Position numbers and translations under genes: made by a program. A DNA stretch of 64,000 nt. It comes from a virus. This document shows positions 30,513-41,402 of the stretch, in pieces. The stretch lies in the IMG/VR virus record IMGVR_UViG_3300025120_000017, positions 107,835 through 171,834 of that record; one strand, 5' to 3'. Each line of letters begins with the position of its first letter. The stretch's first letter is position 1. A model generated the notes under the pieces. That model was not told the origin of the DNA. It worked only from the letters and a program-made list of their open reading frames with translations, and did not search any database.

Positions 30513-31473
30513 CTTCTGTTATACTTTTTGTTTTTTTACTGTATGCAGTGCTTCTTTTAACAAAGAAATCATTTTCTTTGGTTCCTATCATTTCTTCATC
30601 AAACCAAACAGTTTCATTTAGTAGTTCTTCACTAACTTCAAAAATTGGTTCAATGTCTAATGATGCTAATGCGTTATTAAACCTGTTTTTAATAAAGTTT
30701 TTTACTATGTCTTTTGACATAAACTCTAGTTCGCCTTTTTCAAATATCCAATCTAATATTTTACATTCAGCCTTTTCTGCTTTTTTACAAGCTTTAACTA
30801 TATCATCAGTAAGATCTCCATCAAACCAATCAGGAAATTCATTTTTGATTATCTTAACAATTTCAACACCAAATTGACCATGAATCTCCTCTTCTTTACT
30901 AGTTGCTTCAACTATATTAGAAAGTCCACTAAACATTTTCTTATGCTTATTAAAACTCATCATAATTAAGAACTGTGAAAACAAGGAAACATGCTCTATA
31001 AAAACTGCAAATAGCAATACTGATAGCGCATACTTTTTGTTATCTCTACTTCTAGAACCACTTAAATACTTAGTTAAATAATCAACACGGTCTTTAATTG
31101 CTGGAACTTCCATAATAGATCTAAACTCATCATTTAGACCAAGTCTTTCTAATAAAAAAGCATATGCATCAGCATGTCTTACTTCACTTTCAGCAAACGT
31201 CATTCCAACTGCGCCTATTTCTGGCTTTGGCATTCTCTTGTATATATCAGCCCAAAAAGTTTTTACTGAAATTTCAATTTGTGAAATAGCAAGCATTGCT
31301 CTCTTTATTGCCTCTCTTTCACTATTACTTATGTTCACTAAAAAATTTTGTACATCTGATTCTACATTAAATTCTGTATGTAACCAATATGAATGCCGTA
31401 TAGCATCTTTAAATCTTAATAATTCAGGATATTCATTTGGTTTATATGCAACTCTCTTATCAAAAATTCCCAT
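30499..31473 (-). CDS. nrdB: Class I ribonucleotide reductase beta subunit
   Basis: ESEVRHADAY; EHVSLFSQF; EEEIH; DFFVKRSTAY. Confidence 0.95.
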   Translation of the reverse strand: MGIFDKRVAYKPNEYPELLRFKDAIRHSYWLHTEFNVESDVQNFLVNISNSEREAIKRAMLAISQIEISVKTFWADIYKRMPKPEIGAVGMTFAESEVRHADAYAFLLERLGLNDEFRSIMEVPAIKDRVDYLTKYLSGSRSRDNKKYALSVLLFAVFIEHVSLFSQFLIMMSFNKHKKMFSGLSNIVEATSKEEEIHGQFGVEIVKIIKNEFPDWFDGDLTDDIVKACKKAEKAECKILDWIFEKGELEFMSKDIVKNFIKNRFNNALASLDIEPIFEVSEELLNETVWFDEEMIGTKENDFFVKRSTAYSKKTKSITEDDLF

Positions 31474-31487
31474 TCTGTTTTTTATTT

Positions 31488-31739
31488 TTATTTTAAGCTT
31501 TTTAAGATTTCATTAATCACAATAGATTCATCTACATTTTCTCTTTTTGATATTTTAGTAACAAATAATTGCTCCGCTTCTCTAATATCACGTAACTCTT
31601 TAGCACTTTCATCTAATTCTTTACTAAGCTTTAGTATTTCATCTTGCTTTATTTTCAAAATACGTCTAGCTTCACTATATGAATTTATAAGACTATGTAA
31701 TTCATGCTGATCTTTTTCAGTTATTTTCATAATATTCAA
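31488..31739 (-). CDS. Small coiled-coil hypothetical protein
   Basis: 83 aa. Confidence 0.6.
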   Translation of the reverse strand: MNIMKITEKDQHELHSLINSYSEARRILKIKQDEILKLSKELDESAKELRDIREAEQLFVTKISKRENVDESIVINEILKSLK

Positions 31740-32568
31740 ATATTGCGTTTACTTCTTTATCTACATTTGCACATTCGATATACACATCTTCGCTTCTACC
31801 ATATTCAAGATTCTTTGTGCTTATTATCCAACATTCACCTGGTTTAAGACCACTTAACCTACAGGCTAATTTTTGGTATATCCTTAATTGTATGCTATAA
31901 TGCATAAAACTGCAATCAGGAAGATGCCCTAAAAAATGTTTAAGTCTTTGGTCATTGAATGCAGTCCTATCAATTTTTTTATTTGTTTTAAAATCGTGTA
32001 TATGAATATACCCTTTATCAAAAAGTGGCAAATCTGCAAGTCCTCCTAATTTCATGCCATGATCCCATAACAATATCTCGGGTATAGCACATATGTCATT
32101 TTTATCTACTTGCAGTATGTTCTTATTTGAGCTTGGATAGTATTTATTATCCCAAGTGAATCCGTTTTTGATGATTTCTGCTTCTCTTTTGCCATGTTCT
32201 ATAGATCCTGCAAGCGCAGCATCATTTCCACTCTTAGCCCAATCATTTAAAAATTGTTTCTGTCTTTGCTCTAGAGAATTCTTAAGCTTATCACTATGAT
32301 TTAATAGAGAATCCCAATAATTTTTTACTTTATCCCAGCCGCCTGCCTTACGCTTAAGCTTATTAAAAGAATCGGGAGATAAGACTTCCTTAATTGATTT
32401 ATATCTACTCATGCCTTTACTATCAAATGAATTCTTAAATTCACCTATAATTCCAGTAGATGATTTATATATTTCACCATTTGCATTTGAGTATATATGA
32501 TTTTCCTCATCAAACTTAACACCTCCTATGTCAGTAAGATCATAGCTCCTGTTTTGTAATTCAGACAT
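31717..32568 (-). CDS. PD-(D/E)XK exonuclease
   Basis: GSIEH; GLADL...IHDFKTNK; YSIQLRIY. Confidence 0.8.
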   Translation of the reverse strand: MSELQNRSYDLTDIGGVKFDEENHIYSNANGEIYKSSTGIIGEFKNSFDSKGMSRYKSIKEVLSPDSFNKLKRKAGGWDKVKNYWDSLLNHSDKLKNSLEQRQKQFLNDWAKSGNDAALAGSIEHGKREAEIIKNGFTWDNKYYPSSNKNILQVDKNDICAIPEILLWDHGMKLGGLADLPLFDKGYIHIHDFKTNKKIDRTAFNDQRLKHFLGHLPDCSFMHYSIQLRIYQKLACRLSGLKPGECWIISTKNLEYGRSEDVYIECANVDKEVNAIFEYYENN

Positions 32569-32839
32569 TCAGTTCTTTCTTTATGTCATTAATATCTTTA
32601 TCTATATCAATAACAACAGATTGACCTAAAGACTGTTTATGGTTTACAAAACCTGTATATAAATCCTTAATAAATGTATCTAAATTTTCTGGTGATACTT
32701 GATGAACTACGCCTTCACCGTGAGCAGATAAGAAGGTATAAACATAATGAGACCCACTCCTTTCAATATAATGTACTTCAGATTCATCGCTTTCTTTTAA
32801 AATTTGAATCTTCTTTACATCATTTCTTACTTCTATCAT
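32561..32839 (-). CDS. Hypothetical protein
   Basis: 92 aa. Confidence 0.6.
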   Translation of the reverse strand: MIEVRNDVKKIQILKESDESEVHYIERSGSHYVYTFLSAHGEGVVHQVSPENLDTFIKDLYTGFVNHKQSLGQSVVIDIDKDINDIKKELNV

Positions 32840-32891
32840 ATTTTTATTTATTGAATTATGACAATGCTTATTTAGTTTAAAAAATAATAGA

Positions 32892-33119
32892 TTATTTAGT
32901 TAATCTATCAGAATATACTTTAATAGCTTTATGAAAAAACTTCATAGAATAATTAAATGACATGCTTTCATATGCTTTTTTATTATTGATATTTTTAGCA
33001 TCATCTGTTATAATAACACTATACAAATTATTTTTTCTGTATATCTTAACACTAAATATATCCGTACCATTGCTTTCAAATGACATCAATTCTTTTATTT
33101 CTGTTTTAGAGTTTTTCAT
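32892..33119 (-). CDS. Hypothetical protein
   Basis: 75 aa, coupled start/stop. Confidence 0.55.
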   Translation of the reverse strand: MKNSKTEIKELMSFESNGTDIFSVKIYRKNNLYSVIITDDAKNINNKKAYESMSFNYSMKFFHKAIKVYSDRLTK

Positions 33120-33442
33120 TTTTTTAAAAAAGTTTCAGGATCATTGATTACTTTTCTTAAATCAGTAGTATATTTTTTAAAAGATTCTTGCAAGTCATCA
33201 ACCATTACAATATTATTATCTGTTAATAGTTTTTCCATTAATATTACAGATGCTTCTAATTGAGATGTCATTATAATACTTAAGACATCTGGAACATTAA
33301 CAACCTCAGCTTCATCAGATTTACCCATTTCATCTACTGTATGTATCGTATATTTACTGCGCTCTAGTAAATCATATGGAGTTGTTGATTTAACTATAGG
33401 TGATATATATGTTGTTATGTTTTTATCTGTCTTGTCTGACAT
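33116..33442 (-). CDS. Hypothetical protein
   Basis: 108 aa. Confidence 0.6.
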   Translation of the reverse strand: MSDKTDKNITTYISPIVKSTTPYDLLERSKYTIHTVDEMGKSDEAEVVNVPDVLSIIMTSQLEASVILMEKLLTDNNIVMVDDLQESFKKYTTDLRKVINDPETFLKK

Positions 33443-33624
33443 ATTGTTTAATTTGTTTTATTGTTTAATCGCTATATTATTTAATTTGTTTAAATATTAA
33501 AATAAACTTCCATATGTTAAACAAATCTCTGGATTGTGTATTTAATATATTGTAAAAACTTTAAGGAAGTTGAGACTCTGATTCTTTTAGAGAACACTAG
33601 AGTAATTAAAAATAATATACTAGT

Positions 33625-35526
33625 TTGGCTAAAAAAGGAGAAAGTAGATTCTTTGATGATAAGCTAATTACATTTGCTAACCAGTTCTCAGATATAAATG
33701 AACCAGATTTTGATTCTACTATATGGACAACTGAATTAGTTGAAGATCTTCGTGATAAAGTACAAAACGCAGGACTAAGTCTTAGCGATGTGCGTCACCC
33801 ATTCTTTATGAATGATATTTCAATTAGGCGAGGGAACACATCGTTTCAATACACTGAAGAAGAGATTAATGAATTTAAAAAATGTAAAAAAGATATAATA
33901 TATTTTGCAAACACTTATGTAAAAGTTATGCAAGAACATGGTATTGATCATATTACTTTATATCCATACCAAGAAACGATGTTATTAAACTATAAAAAAG
34001 ATAGATATAATATAGTTGTAGGATCAAGACAGATTGGTAAAACTGTTGTTGCTGGTGTATTTCTTGTATGGTATATGATGTTTCATTTTGATAAGAACAT
34101 AATGCTTGCAGGTAATAAAGGAGTAACGGCTAAAGAAATTCTTGATAAAGCAAAAATGGTAATACAGAACTTGCCATTCTTTTTAAAACCTGCAATGACT
34201 GTATGGAATCAATTCAGTATTAGTTCAGATGCAAATAGTAGAATATTAGCCACAACTACCACTGATAAAGCAGCTATTGGTTTTACAATTCACTTATTAT
34301 TCTTAGATGAATTTGCCCATGTTAGAAACAATATTCAGCATGACTTTTATAATAATATATATCCTGTAGTTTCCGCAGGTGAAAATACTAAAATAATTGT
34401 AACAAGTACTCCTAATGGATATGATTTATTTCAAGATATTTTTGATAAATCAATGAAAGGAAAGAATGAATATAAATCTCTTGAAGTTCCTTGGTGGAAA
34501 GTGCCAGGAAGAGATGATGATTGGGCTAAGAAGCAAATTTCTAACATGGGAGATGAAGCTTTTAATGAACAATTTAATTGTAGTTTCTTGAGAAGTGATA
34601 CGTTATTACTTAGCGGTGAACAGTTGAGAATTGTTGAAAGCAGTAAAAAGAAATACACTCAAAGAATAATACCATTACTTGATGATTATATGCTAGACCA
34701 TGATGGCTTGGTATGGGATAATGAGTTTGACCTAGAAACTATTCAAAATGATTCTGCATATTTCTTTTTAAGTATAGATTTAGCAGAAGGAGTAGGAAGA
34801 GATCATACAGTAATGCAAATCTTTCAAATAGTTGCTAAAAACGAAGATGGTATTAAAGAATTAAGTAATGAAAGATTTGAGCTCTATAAATTCTTTAAGT
34901 TTAAACAAGTTGGTATGTTCAGAAGAAACGATATGCCTATTGATGAGTTTTGTAAAATATGTTACTTATTATTTTATTCTGATAAATTTTTTAATATTGA
35001 TAGGCTAAAAGTAGTTCTTGAGTGGAATACATATGGCAGCTTTTATATTGAAAAGATTAAAAATTTATTTGGAGGTGGTGATTATGATGAATCAATATTT
35101 GTTAGAAGCTATCATAGAAAAGGTGCAAGATCAAGAAGAATAGGTATAAGACAAGATAAAGAAAGTAAACCAAGAAATTGTGTAGAGCTTAAATCACGAA
35201 TATCAAAAAGAGATATTGAAATATCGGAGGAATGGACTGCTAAGGAATTAGGGTTCTTTAGTCGTAATAAAAAAGGCAGCTATGAAGCAGTTACAGGACA
35301 TGATGACACTGTTATGGCTTGTGTAAACCTTATGGAAAGTTATAGAGGAATTGAATATCAAGATACTATAGCAGAAGCATTTGATAAGCTGCCTGCAGAA
35401 ACTCAAAATATGATTCTTGAGACTATGGGAAGAGGGTCAATTTCTGATGAAAGTACTGATTTTCTAGCAGATGGCTTTAATGAAATTTTTAATAGAGAAA
35501 CTGATGATCCATTATCATTTATGTAA
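33625..35526 (+). CDS. terL: Terminase large subunit (T4 gp17-like)
   Basis: LYPYQ; Walker A SRQIGKT; Walker B LFLDEFAH; TSTPNG; DLAEG; GHDDTVMA. Confidence 0.95.
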   Translation: MAKKGESRFFDDKLITFANQFSDINEPDFDSTIWTTELVEDLRDKVQNAGLSLSDVRHPFFMNDISIRRGNTSFQYTEEEINEFKKCKKDIIYFANTYVKVMQEHGIDHITLYPYQETMLLNYKKDRYNIVVGSRQIGKTVVAGVFLVWYMMFHFDKNIMLAGNKGVTAKEILDKAKMVIQNLPFFLKPAMTVWNQFSISSDANSRILATTTTDKAAIGFTIHLLFLDEFAHVRNNIQHDFYNNIYPVVSAGENTKIIVTSTPNGYDLFQDIFDKSMKGKNEYKSLEVPWWKVPGRDDDWAKKQISNMGDEAFNEQFNCSFLRSDTLLLSGEQLRIVESSKKKYTQRIIPLLDDYMLDHDGLVWDNEFDLETIQNDSAYFFLSIDLAEGVGRDHTVMQIFQIVAKNEDGIKELSNERFELYKFFKFKQVGMFRRNDMPIDEFCKICYLLFYSDKFFNIDRLKVVLEWNTYGSFYIEKIKNLFGGGDYDESIFVRSYHRKGARSRRIGIRQDKESKPRNCVELKSRISKRDIEISEEWTAKELGFFSRNKKGSYEAVTGHDDTVMACVNLMESYRGIEYQDTIAEAFDKLPAETQNMILETMGRGSISDESTDFLADGFNEIFNRETDDPLSFM

Positions 35527-35537
35527 TTCTTAAAGTG

Positions 35538-35999
35538 TTATTTAAAATATCCTACAGTAGAAAAGATTTCTTCTAAATCACAGTATCTTAAATCAATAAC
35601 TTTATTTGATTTATTTAGTTCTATTTGATAAAGATCTATTAATTTTTTAAGACAAGCTAATTGCGCTTCTTCGTAAGTATCACACCAAATAGTAAAATCT
35701 GAATTTTGAATGTAACCATAATGTTTACTATGTTTAAATTCAATAGCATGGTACAACTTATGTTTTTCTCTAAACCACTTAAATGCTTGTTGGTAAAGTG
35801 CAGCTGAGCAATATTCATCTGATGTGTAATTCTTAAGCTGTTGATTAGTGCAAGTACTAAACTGATTATCATTATGTGTATTGCATGCACTTAAGATGCT
35901 ATAATTACTTCTATTACTATAAAATGATAAACAAGGTTCATTAAATCCTAATTCTTTAAGTGATATTGATTCTGAGTGCGGTACAAATTGAGTTTCCAT
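35538..35999 (-). CDS. Hypothetical phage protein, related to 56701..56982
   Basis: LKELGFNEPC; YQQAFKWFREKH; TYEEAQLACLKKLI. Confidence 0.7.
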   Translation of the reverse strand: METQFVPHSESISLKELGFNEPCLSFYSNRSNYSILSACNTHNDNQFSTCTNQQLKNYTSDEYCSAALYQQAFKWFREKHKLYHAIEFKHSKHYGYIQNSDFTIWCDTYEEAQLACLKKLIDLYQIELNKSNKVIDLRYCDLEEIFSTVGYFK

Positions 36000-36006
36000 A
36001 CTTTAT

Positions 36007-36552
36007 TTATTTTGAGTTCAGAAACTTAATTATTTTCATTATAAAATTTATTGTAGACTCAGTAGGTATCTTACCTATTTTAGATTCTCTAGGACCTGCG
36101 ACATTTAATATTTTAATTTTATGGTTCTTTATCCATTCAACTGTTTCATATAATGCAAGAGGATCTTCTATATTATCTATCACAAAGTAATGTGCTCTGT
36201 TTTTAATACATAGTGATTTTGTTAATGCAGTTCCAGGTGATTTTAAACCCCATGAAATTATTAATGTACCATCAGCCGCATCAATATTACTTTCTGTTCT
36301 TATTTGATATGTGCTGGTATCATATCGGTCTGCTATTAAATTGTATTTTTTTAATAAACCTTCTCTTGGACCATCTTCAGTCATCCAATTATAAGGTGCC
36401 CAACCTCCTGTAGGTACTTTCATTAGCGTAGATGCTTTTAACGCTGCTTGGTCAACTCCTGATTGCCCTCCTGATATAATTCTTTTAATCATCTCTTTGT
36501 TTTTAAACACTAGTATAGTAACAAATATAACTAGAAAAAATACATAATGCAA
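36007..36552 (-). CDS. SLOG-family (cpYpsA / putative MoCo-carrier-like) protein
   Basis: IISGGQSGVDQAAL; RTESNIDAADGTL; LNVAGPRES. Confidence 0.85.
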   Translation of the reverse strand: MHYVFFLVIFVTILVFKNKEMIKRIISGGQSGVDQAALKASTLMKVPTGGWAPYNWMTEDGPREGLLKKYNLIADRYDTSTYQIRTESNIDAADGTLIISWGLKSPGTALTKSLCIKNRAHYFVIDNIEDPLALYETVEWIKNHKIKILNVAGPRESKIGKIPTESTINFIMKIIKFLNSK

Positions 36553-36565
36553 ATTATTTTTTTAT

Positions 36566-37690
36566 TTAATTTACTTTTATATAGATACTTGAGCTTTGTA
36601 TTCTTGATGATGCATGGTTAAAAACCTTTTCAAAGATCTCATCAGATGTTTCTCCTTTATGTGTTTCGAGAATGTCTATAATTAATAGATTATAGTATTG
36701 CGAAAATAATCTATAAGGATCCTTATTTATTTTTGAATAGAACTTATCATATGACCAAGTCTTTTTACAATATTTTATAAAAATATCATAAATCATATTA
36801 ATAAGTTTGTCTATATCAGTTTTCGCTATGCTTGAAATTTCTTTATATCCAGGTAACCCACTTCTATTAGTAAATTCTTCAATAAATGATCTGATTATTG
36901 TCCATCCTACTTTACCGCCTGCTGCGGAACTTCCCATTACTTCTAATGCATATGCAGTAAATTTAGTACTCTCAAAAGTACGTCCTTGCATTTTAACTGG
37001 AGCTTTTTCTTTACCAAACAAATACATATGCTTATTTCCAAAAAATGCATCATCATGGTCTACTTTACCTTCTTTGTATGAAAATCCTGTATAATACATA
37101 GGTGTAATAAAATCATCTACATTAAAAAGTTGTAGCCTAGGTGATTTTATTGATTTAGGTTTCTTTAAACTTATTCCTATAAGCTCTTTACTTTCAAATT
37201 TATCTTTAATCCACTTATTATAACTTTCTATTGAATCAACCGGAACATGCTTAAGGTTTAATGTAGGTGAACTAACCCAAATATCGCCTGGATTCCACTT
37301 ATCATCATTAAGTGCACCCATTCCACTATTTTTTGCGGCTATTCTAGCTTTCATATAAATCGCTTGCATGAACTTATCATTTCTATGATATATTCCATTA
37401 GGTATAGAATATCCTTCATTTAGTAACTTGTTTGCTATTGAAACAATGATGTTTTTCCAATCATCTGAAAGAGATGTAATTATAGGCTTTCTATTTTGTG
37501 ATTTAACAAACATTTTAGCTTGTTTAATCATATCATCATTTATATCACTTACCGTTATTTTAGATTTTTTTATGTTTGATGCAATGGCACATGCATAACA
37601 TTGAGCAAGCTCTGCTATTGTAGCAACATCTTTTCCTCCTCTTACGCTCTTTTTTTCTAATAATTGATAGAATTCAGATAGACTTCTCAC
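36566..37690 (-). CDS. Restriction-endonuclease-like (PD-(D/E)XK) protein with capsid-targeting-like N-terminus
   Basis: MRSLSEFYQLLE; DDKWNPGDIW...GISLKK; late promoter upstream. Confidence 0.55.
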   Translation of the reverse strand: MRSLSEFYQLLEKKSVRGGKDVATIAELAQCYACAIASNIKKSKITVSDINDDMIKQAKMFVKSQNRKPIITSLSDDWKNIIVSIANKLLNEGYSIPNGIYHRNDKFMQAIYMKARIAAKNSGMGALNDDKWNPGDIWVSSPTLNLKHVPVDSIESYNKWIKDKFESKELIGISLKKPKSIKSPRLQLFNVDDFITPMYYTGFSYKEGKVDHDDAFFGNKHMYLFGKEKAPVKMQGRTFESTKFTAYALEVMGSSAAGGKVGWTIIRSFIEEFTNRSGLPGYKEISSIAKTDIDKLINMIYDIFIKYCKKTWSYDKFYSKINKDPYRLFSQYYNLLIIDILETHKGETSDEIFEKVFNHASSRIQSSSIYIKVN

Positions 37691-37768
37691 GATATAAATA
37701 ATTTAATATATTTAATCAATTCTTAAACAAAATCTATAAAAACCTAATTAAATTAAAAAGATCTGAAT

Positions 37769-38917
37769 ATGGCAAGTAAATATGATTACTTAAGGCCAGA
37801 AATAGATGTAATGGCAAAACAAGGCAAAAATGCTAATGCTATTGCGGTAAAATTATCATCTATACATGGACTTAACAAAAATAGCTTATATGATTGGATC
37901 AGAAGAAAGGCTTTAGTAAAGCTAAATACTTTTGAAAATCATCTTGAAGATAACAACTTTACACCTCCTGAAAACTGGGCATATGGGTGGTTAAAAACAG
38001 AAAAAGGATCTATCTTTATTAAAAATCAACAAAGCCTAATTTCTTATGATGAAATAAGAGATGAAATCATAGAAGAAATGAAAGTCCATTCACCTTCATA
38101 TGATAAAATTGAAAGGAAAGATACAAACGCTGAAAAACATTCATTAACTATTGATATTGCTGACTTGCATATAGGAAAGCTTGCAGTTAAATCAGAAACA
38201 GGTGAATCATATAATATCAAGAAAGCTATTAAGAGAGCACTTGAAGGAGTATCTGGTATTTTAGAAAAATCAAGTGGCTATCATATTGATAAGATATTTT
38301 TTATTATTGGAAATGATATTCTACATATTGATAAAACTAATAGGACAACAACCGCAAACACTCCACAAGATACTGACGGCATGTGGTATCAATCATTTAC
38401 AGCAGCAAGAAAGCTATATGTAGATATTTTAGAAAATTTATCTCAAATAGCAGATGTACATGTTATACATTGCCCAAGCAATCATGACTTTATGAGTGGA
38501 TATATGTTAGCAGATTCCATTGCAAGTTGGTTTAACAAAAATCCTAATATTAGTTTTGATGTTTCAAATAATCATCGAAAGTACATTAAGTATGGGAAAT
38601 CATTATTAGGATTTTCTCACGGTGATGGTGCAAAGATGGCAGATATGCCACTGTTAATGGCAAATGAAAGTAAATCATTATGGGCTGAAACTGATCATAG
38701 ATATATTTACCTACATCACGTGCATCATAAAGATGTTAGAATATTTCAAAGCGGTAAAGATTATCAAGGAGCTACTGTTGAATATTTAAGAAGCCCATCT
38801 GCAACAGATTCATGGCATCACAGAAATGGATATAGTGGAAACACTAAGGCAATTGAAGGTTTTATACATTCAAAGAAACATGGGCAAGTTGCAAAACTTA
38901 CTCATATCTTTAAATAG
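37769..38917 (+). CDS. Calcineurin-like metallophosphoesterase with N-terminal HTH-like region
   Basis: DLHIG; GNDILH; SNHD; HGD; HHVHH. Confidence 0.85.
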   Translation: MASKYDYLRPEIDVMAKQGKNANAIAVKLSSIHGLNKNSLYDWIRRKALVKLNTFENHLEDNNFTPPENWAYGWLKTEKGSIFIKNQQSLISYDEIRDEIIEEMKVHSPSYDKIERKDTNAEKHSLTIDIADLHIGKLAVKSETGESYNIKKAIKRALEGVSGILEKSSGYHIDKIFFIIGNDILHIDKTNRTTTANTPQDTDGMWYQSFTAARKLYVDILENLSQIADVHVIHCPSNHDFMSGYMLADSIASWFNKNPNISFDVSNNHRKYIKYGKSLLGFSHGDGAKMADMPLLMANESKSLWAETDHRYIYLHHVHHKDVRIFQSGKDYQGATVEYLRSPSATDSWHHRNGYSGNTKAIEGFIHSKKHGQVAKLTHIFK

Positions 38918-38924
38918 TAAATAA

Positions 38925-39665
38925 ATGAAAATAAAAATAGCGTGTATATCTGATACCCATTCTTTACATGACAAATGGCATGATAAATTAAAATATGATG
39001 AATTTGGATATGAAACATATTCAAAATGGAAAGATGCTGATATTATATTACATGCAGGCGATTGTACATCATCTGGGTATATGCATGAAGTTAAAGCATT
39101 CCTAGATTGGTTTAATACATTGCCAGCACCTTCTAAAATTTTCATTGCAGGAAATCATGACTTCTTTTTTGATACTGGATATAAATACCAAAGACCTATT
39201 CCATGTACTGATGCTGAAGAAGTTAATGAGCTCCTTAAGCCATACCAAAACCTTACTTACTTAAATGAAAATACTACAAATTCATTCGGGTTAAATATAT
39301 ACGGTACTCCTATTCAACCATGGTTTAATAATTGGGCATTTAACAAAATGAGAGGAGATGAAATTCAATTACATTGGGATAAGATACCTAGCAATACTGA
39401 TATACTTATAGTTCATGGTCCACCGTATGGCATTCTTGATTTAATAGATCATAAGTTTAGAAAGTATAATGAAAGCCCTAACGTAGGTTGTGAATTGCTG
39501 CTTAAAAAAATACAAGAAGTAAAGCCTAAAGTTGTTGTGTTTGGTCATATACATGAACAGTATGGAGTTATTGAAAAAGATGGCATTACATTTATTAATG
39601 CAAGTTGCTTAAATGAAAATTATAAACCTATTAATGCGCCGCAATTTATAGAAATAGAAATATGA
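38925..39665 (+). CDS. Metallophosphoesterase (MPPED-like)
   Basis: ISDTH; HAGD; AGNHD; HGPP; FGHIHE. Confidence 0.9.
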   Translation: MKIKIACISDTHSLHDKWHDKLKYDEFGYETYSKWKDADIILHAGDCTSSGYMHEVKAFLDWFNTLPAPSKIFIAGNHDFFFDTGYKYQRPIPCTDAEEVNELLKPYQNLTYLNENTTNSFGLNIYGTPIQPWFNNWAFNKMRGDEIQLHWDKIPSNTDILIVHGPPYGILDLIDHKFRKYNESPNVGCELLLKKIQEVKPKVVVFGHIHEQYGVIEKDGITFINASCLNENYKPINAPQFIEIEI

Positions 39666-39859
39666 ATGTTAAAGATTTACAGCATCCTACTGAATTATCT
39701 ACTTATAAAGCAAGTGACATATTAGCAATGGATATTCATCAAATACATATGTTAACTTCAGTATTTAGAACAAAATGGGCATTAAAATTTATACGTGAAA
39801 ATACAAAAATAAGTGCAGCTCAAATTTATATTGATAACATTTTAACAGACAAAATATAA
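39662..39859 (+). CDS. Hypothetical protein
   Basis: Coupled ORF in the plus-strand operon. Confidence 0.55.
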   Translation: MNVKDLQHPTELSTYKASDILAMDIHQIHMLTSVFRTKWALKFIRENTKISAAQIYIDNILTDKI

Positions 39860-40131
39860 TGGAAATATTTTTAGATGTAATACAAGAACATGTACATGAA
39901 GATTTTTATAAATACTCTAATCCGTTTACAGGAAAATCTGAATATGCCTTAGGTAAAAAGAAAGATCTTCTTTTAAATGAAGAATTTCCTATAATTACAT
40001 TTAACCCTATAAGCACTGAGGCCAGCTATGGATTTGGCAGTATTAATAAAAAATGTAAAGGGCCTGATGATCTAAAATGCTTTATTGAGGCTATAGATTT
40101 TTTGTTCAACACAGGATTAATAAAATTATGA
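39859..40131 (+). CDS. Hypothetical protein
   Basis: Coupled ORF. Confidence 0.6.
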   Translation: MEIFLDVIQEHVHEDFYKYSNPFTGKSEYALGKKKDLLLNEEFPIITFNPISTEASYGFGSINKKCKGPDDLKCFIEAIDFLFNTGLIKL

Positions 40132-40337
40132 AAGCAAAACTAGAATTCGATTTAGAGGATTTAGATGACGTAATGGCTCATTTAAGATGTGTTAAATCAT
40201 TAGATATGGCAAAGACATTGTTTAAAATACAAGGTATAATAAAAGATAAGTGGGAATACAATGCAGTTGAAATACAAAGTAAAATAAGAGATGTATTTGA
40301 AGAGTATGATATTAACTTGGAAGATTTAATACAATGA
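40128..40337 (+). CDS. Small conserved-type phage protein
   Basis: MKAKLEFDL..D...AHLRCVKSLDMA. Confidence 0.65.
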   Translation: MKAKLEFDLEDLDDVMAHLRCVKSLDMAKTLFKIQGIIKDKWEYNAVEIQSKIRDVFEEYDINLEDLIQ

Positions 40338-40372
40338 TTAATTAAAAATAAATACACATTAAATAATAAATT

Positions 40373-41053
40373 ATGATACAAGAAGAAATCAAAGACACTT
40401 TTAACGAATCTGTTGAGTTAAGAGAAAGAATACAAAATGAACTAAGAGAGGATCAAAAAAATCTTAAGAAGTTAGTAGAAATCATCAGTAATGATAGCAT
40501 TTCAGGTAATGAATTCAACAATGTAGTAAATATGTATCACTATAGAGAAGGCGGGTACCCAAGTCCTAATAGTAAACCAAGACACGTTGAATTTGTTAAG
40601 AAATTTGTTAGCTTATATAAAATACTTAATTTTCTTGAATTAGATGACTTCTTATGCATGGAATTATATGGAGCCAGTGTTGTAATTCATGAACCTATTG
40701 AAGATTTTACAATAAGCGGAGATAGTCTTGAAACAATTAAGGAAAGAGGATATACTGCTACTACGTTTAAAGAATTTTTAACAGAAGCACTTCTTAGAGG
40801 AGATCATATACTAACATCTGTATGTAATTGTGCTGATATTATTAAGGAAAAGGCAAAAGAAATTGAAGAAACTGCAAATATTAAAAAGAAACATTATGGA
40901 TCTGCTGTAATGACAGAAGTAAAAAGACGAAATGCAGGAGCAGAAGGAAATGTAAAAAGAGCTAATAAAATTGAGGAATCTATTAATGAAGATTATGAAA
41001 GTTATGTACAATCATTAGGATTACTTGAAATAGATCAAGAAAATGGAAAATAG
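40373..41053 (+). CDS. Hypothetical helical protein
   Basis: 226 aa. Confidence 0.65.
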   Translation: MIQEEIKDTFNESVELRERIQNELREDQKNLKKLVEIISNDSISGNEFNNVVNMYHYREGGYPSPNSKPRHVEFVKKFVSLYKILNFLELDDFLCMELYGASVVIHEPIEDFTISGDSLETIKERGYTATTFKEFLTEALLRGDHILTSVCNCADIIKEKAKEIEETANIKKKHYGSAVMTEVKRRNAGAEGNVKRANKIEESINEDYESYVQSLGLLEIDQENGK

Positions 41054-41402
41054 AATAAAAATAGGAGATGTCTGGTATGTCAAAGAAGCTAAAGATGATA
41101 TATCTATTAAAAAAGATTTTGCATATAGCCGAAGCATAACATATGAATGTGATAATTTTATGATTGAGGCACATGTACTAGAAGATAACGAAAAATTCAC
41201 TATGCCAACTTTAAAATATGTGGATAAAAAATATCCTGAATGCTCTTGGGTTGCAAGCAACCCAGCATATCTTATAGGAGTTGCAGAGCGAAATCCTAAA
41301 TGGATGACTATTATAAATGCTGAGAGCCCTGAATTAATATCAGCAGTTAAAGAAATAATAGATGAAATGAAAGATTCTGGGTGGCTATCAAATAATACTT
41401 AA
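41043..41402 (+). CDS. Hypothetical protein
   Basis: 119 aa, RIKIGDVWYVKE. Confidence 0.65.
   Translation: MENRIKIGDVWYVKEAKDDISIKKDFAYSRSITYECDNFMIEAHVLEDNEKFTMPTLKYVDKKYPECSWVASNPAYLIGVAERNPKWMTIINAESPELISAVKEIIDEMKDSGWLSNNT

Noticed and set aside
31717-32568. Cas4 call for the PD-(D/E)XK nuclease
   Set aside because: No clear four-Cys Fe-S cluster pattern and no CRISPR context; called a generic exonuclease.
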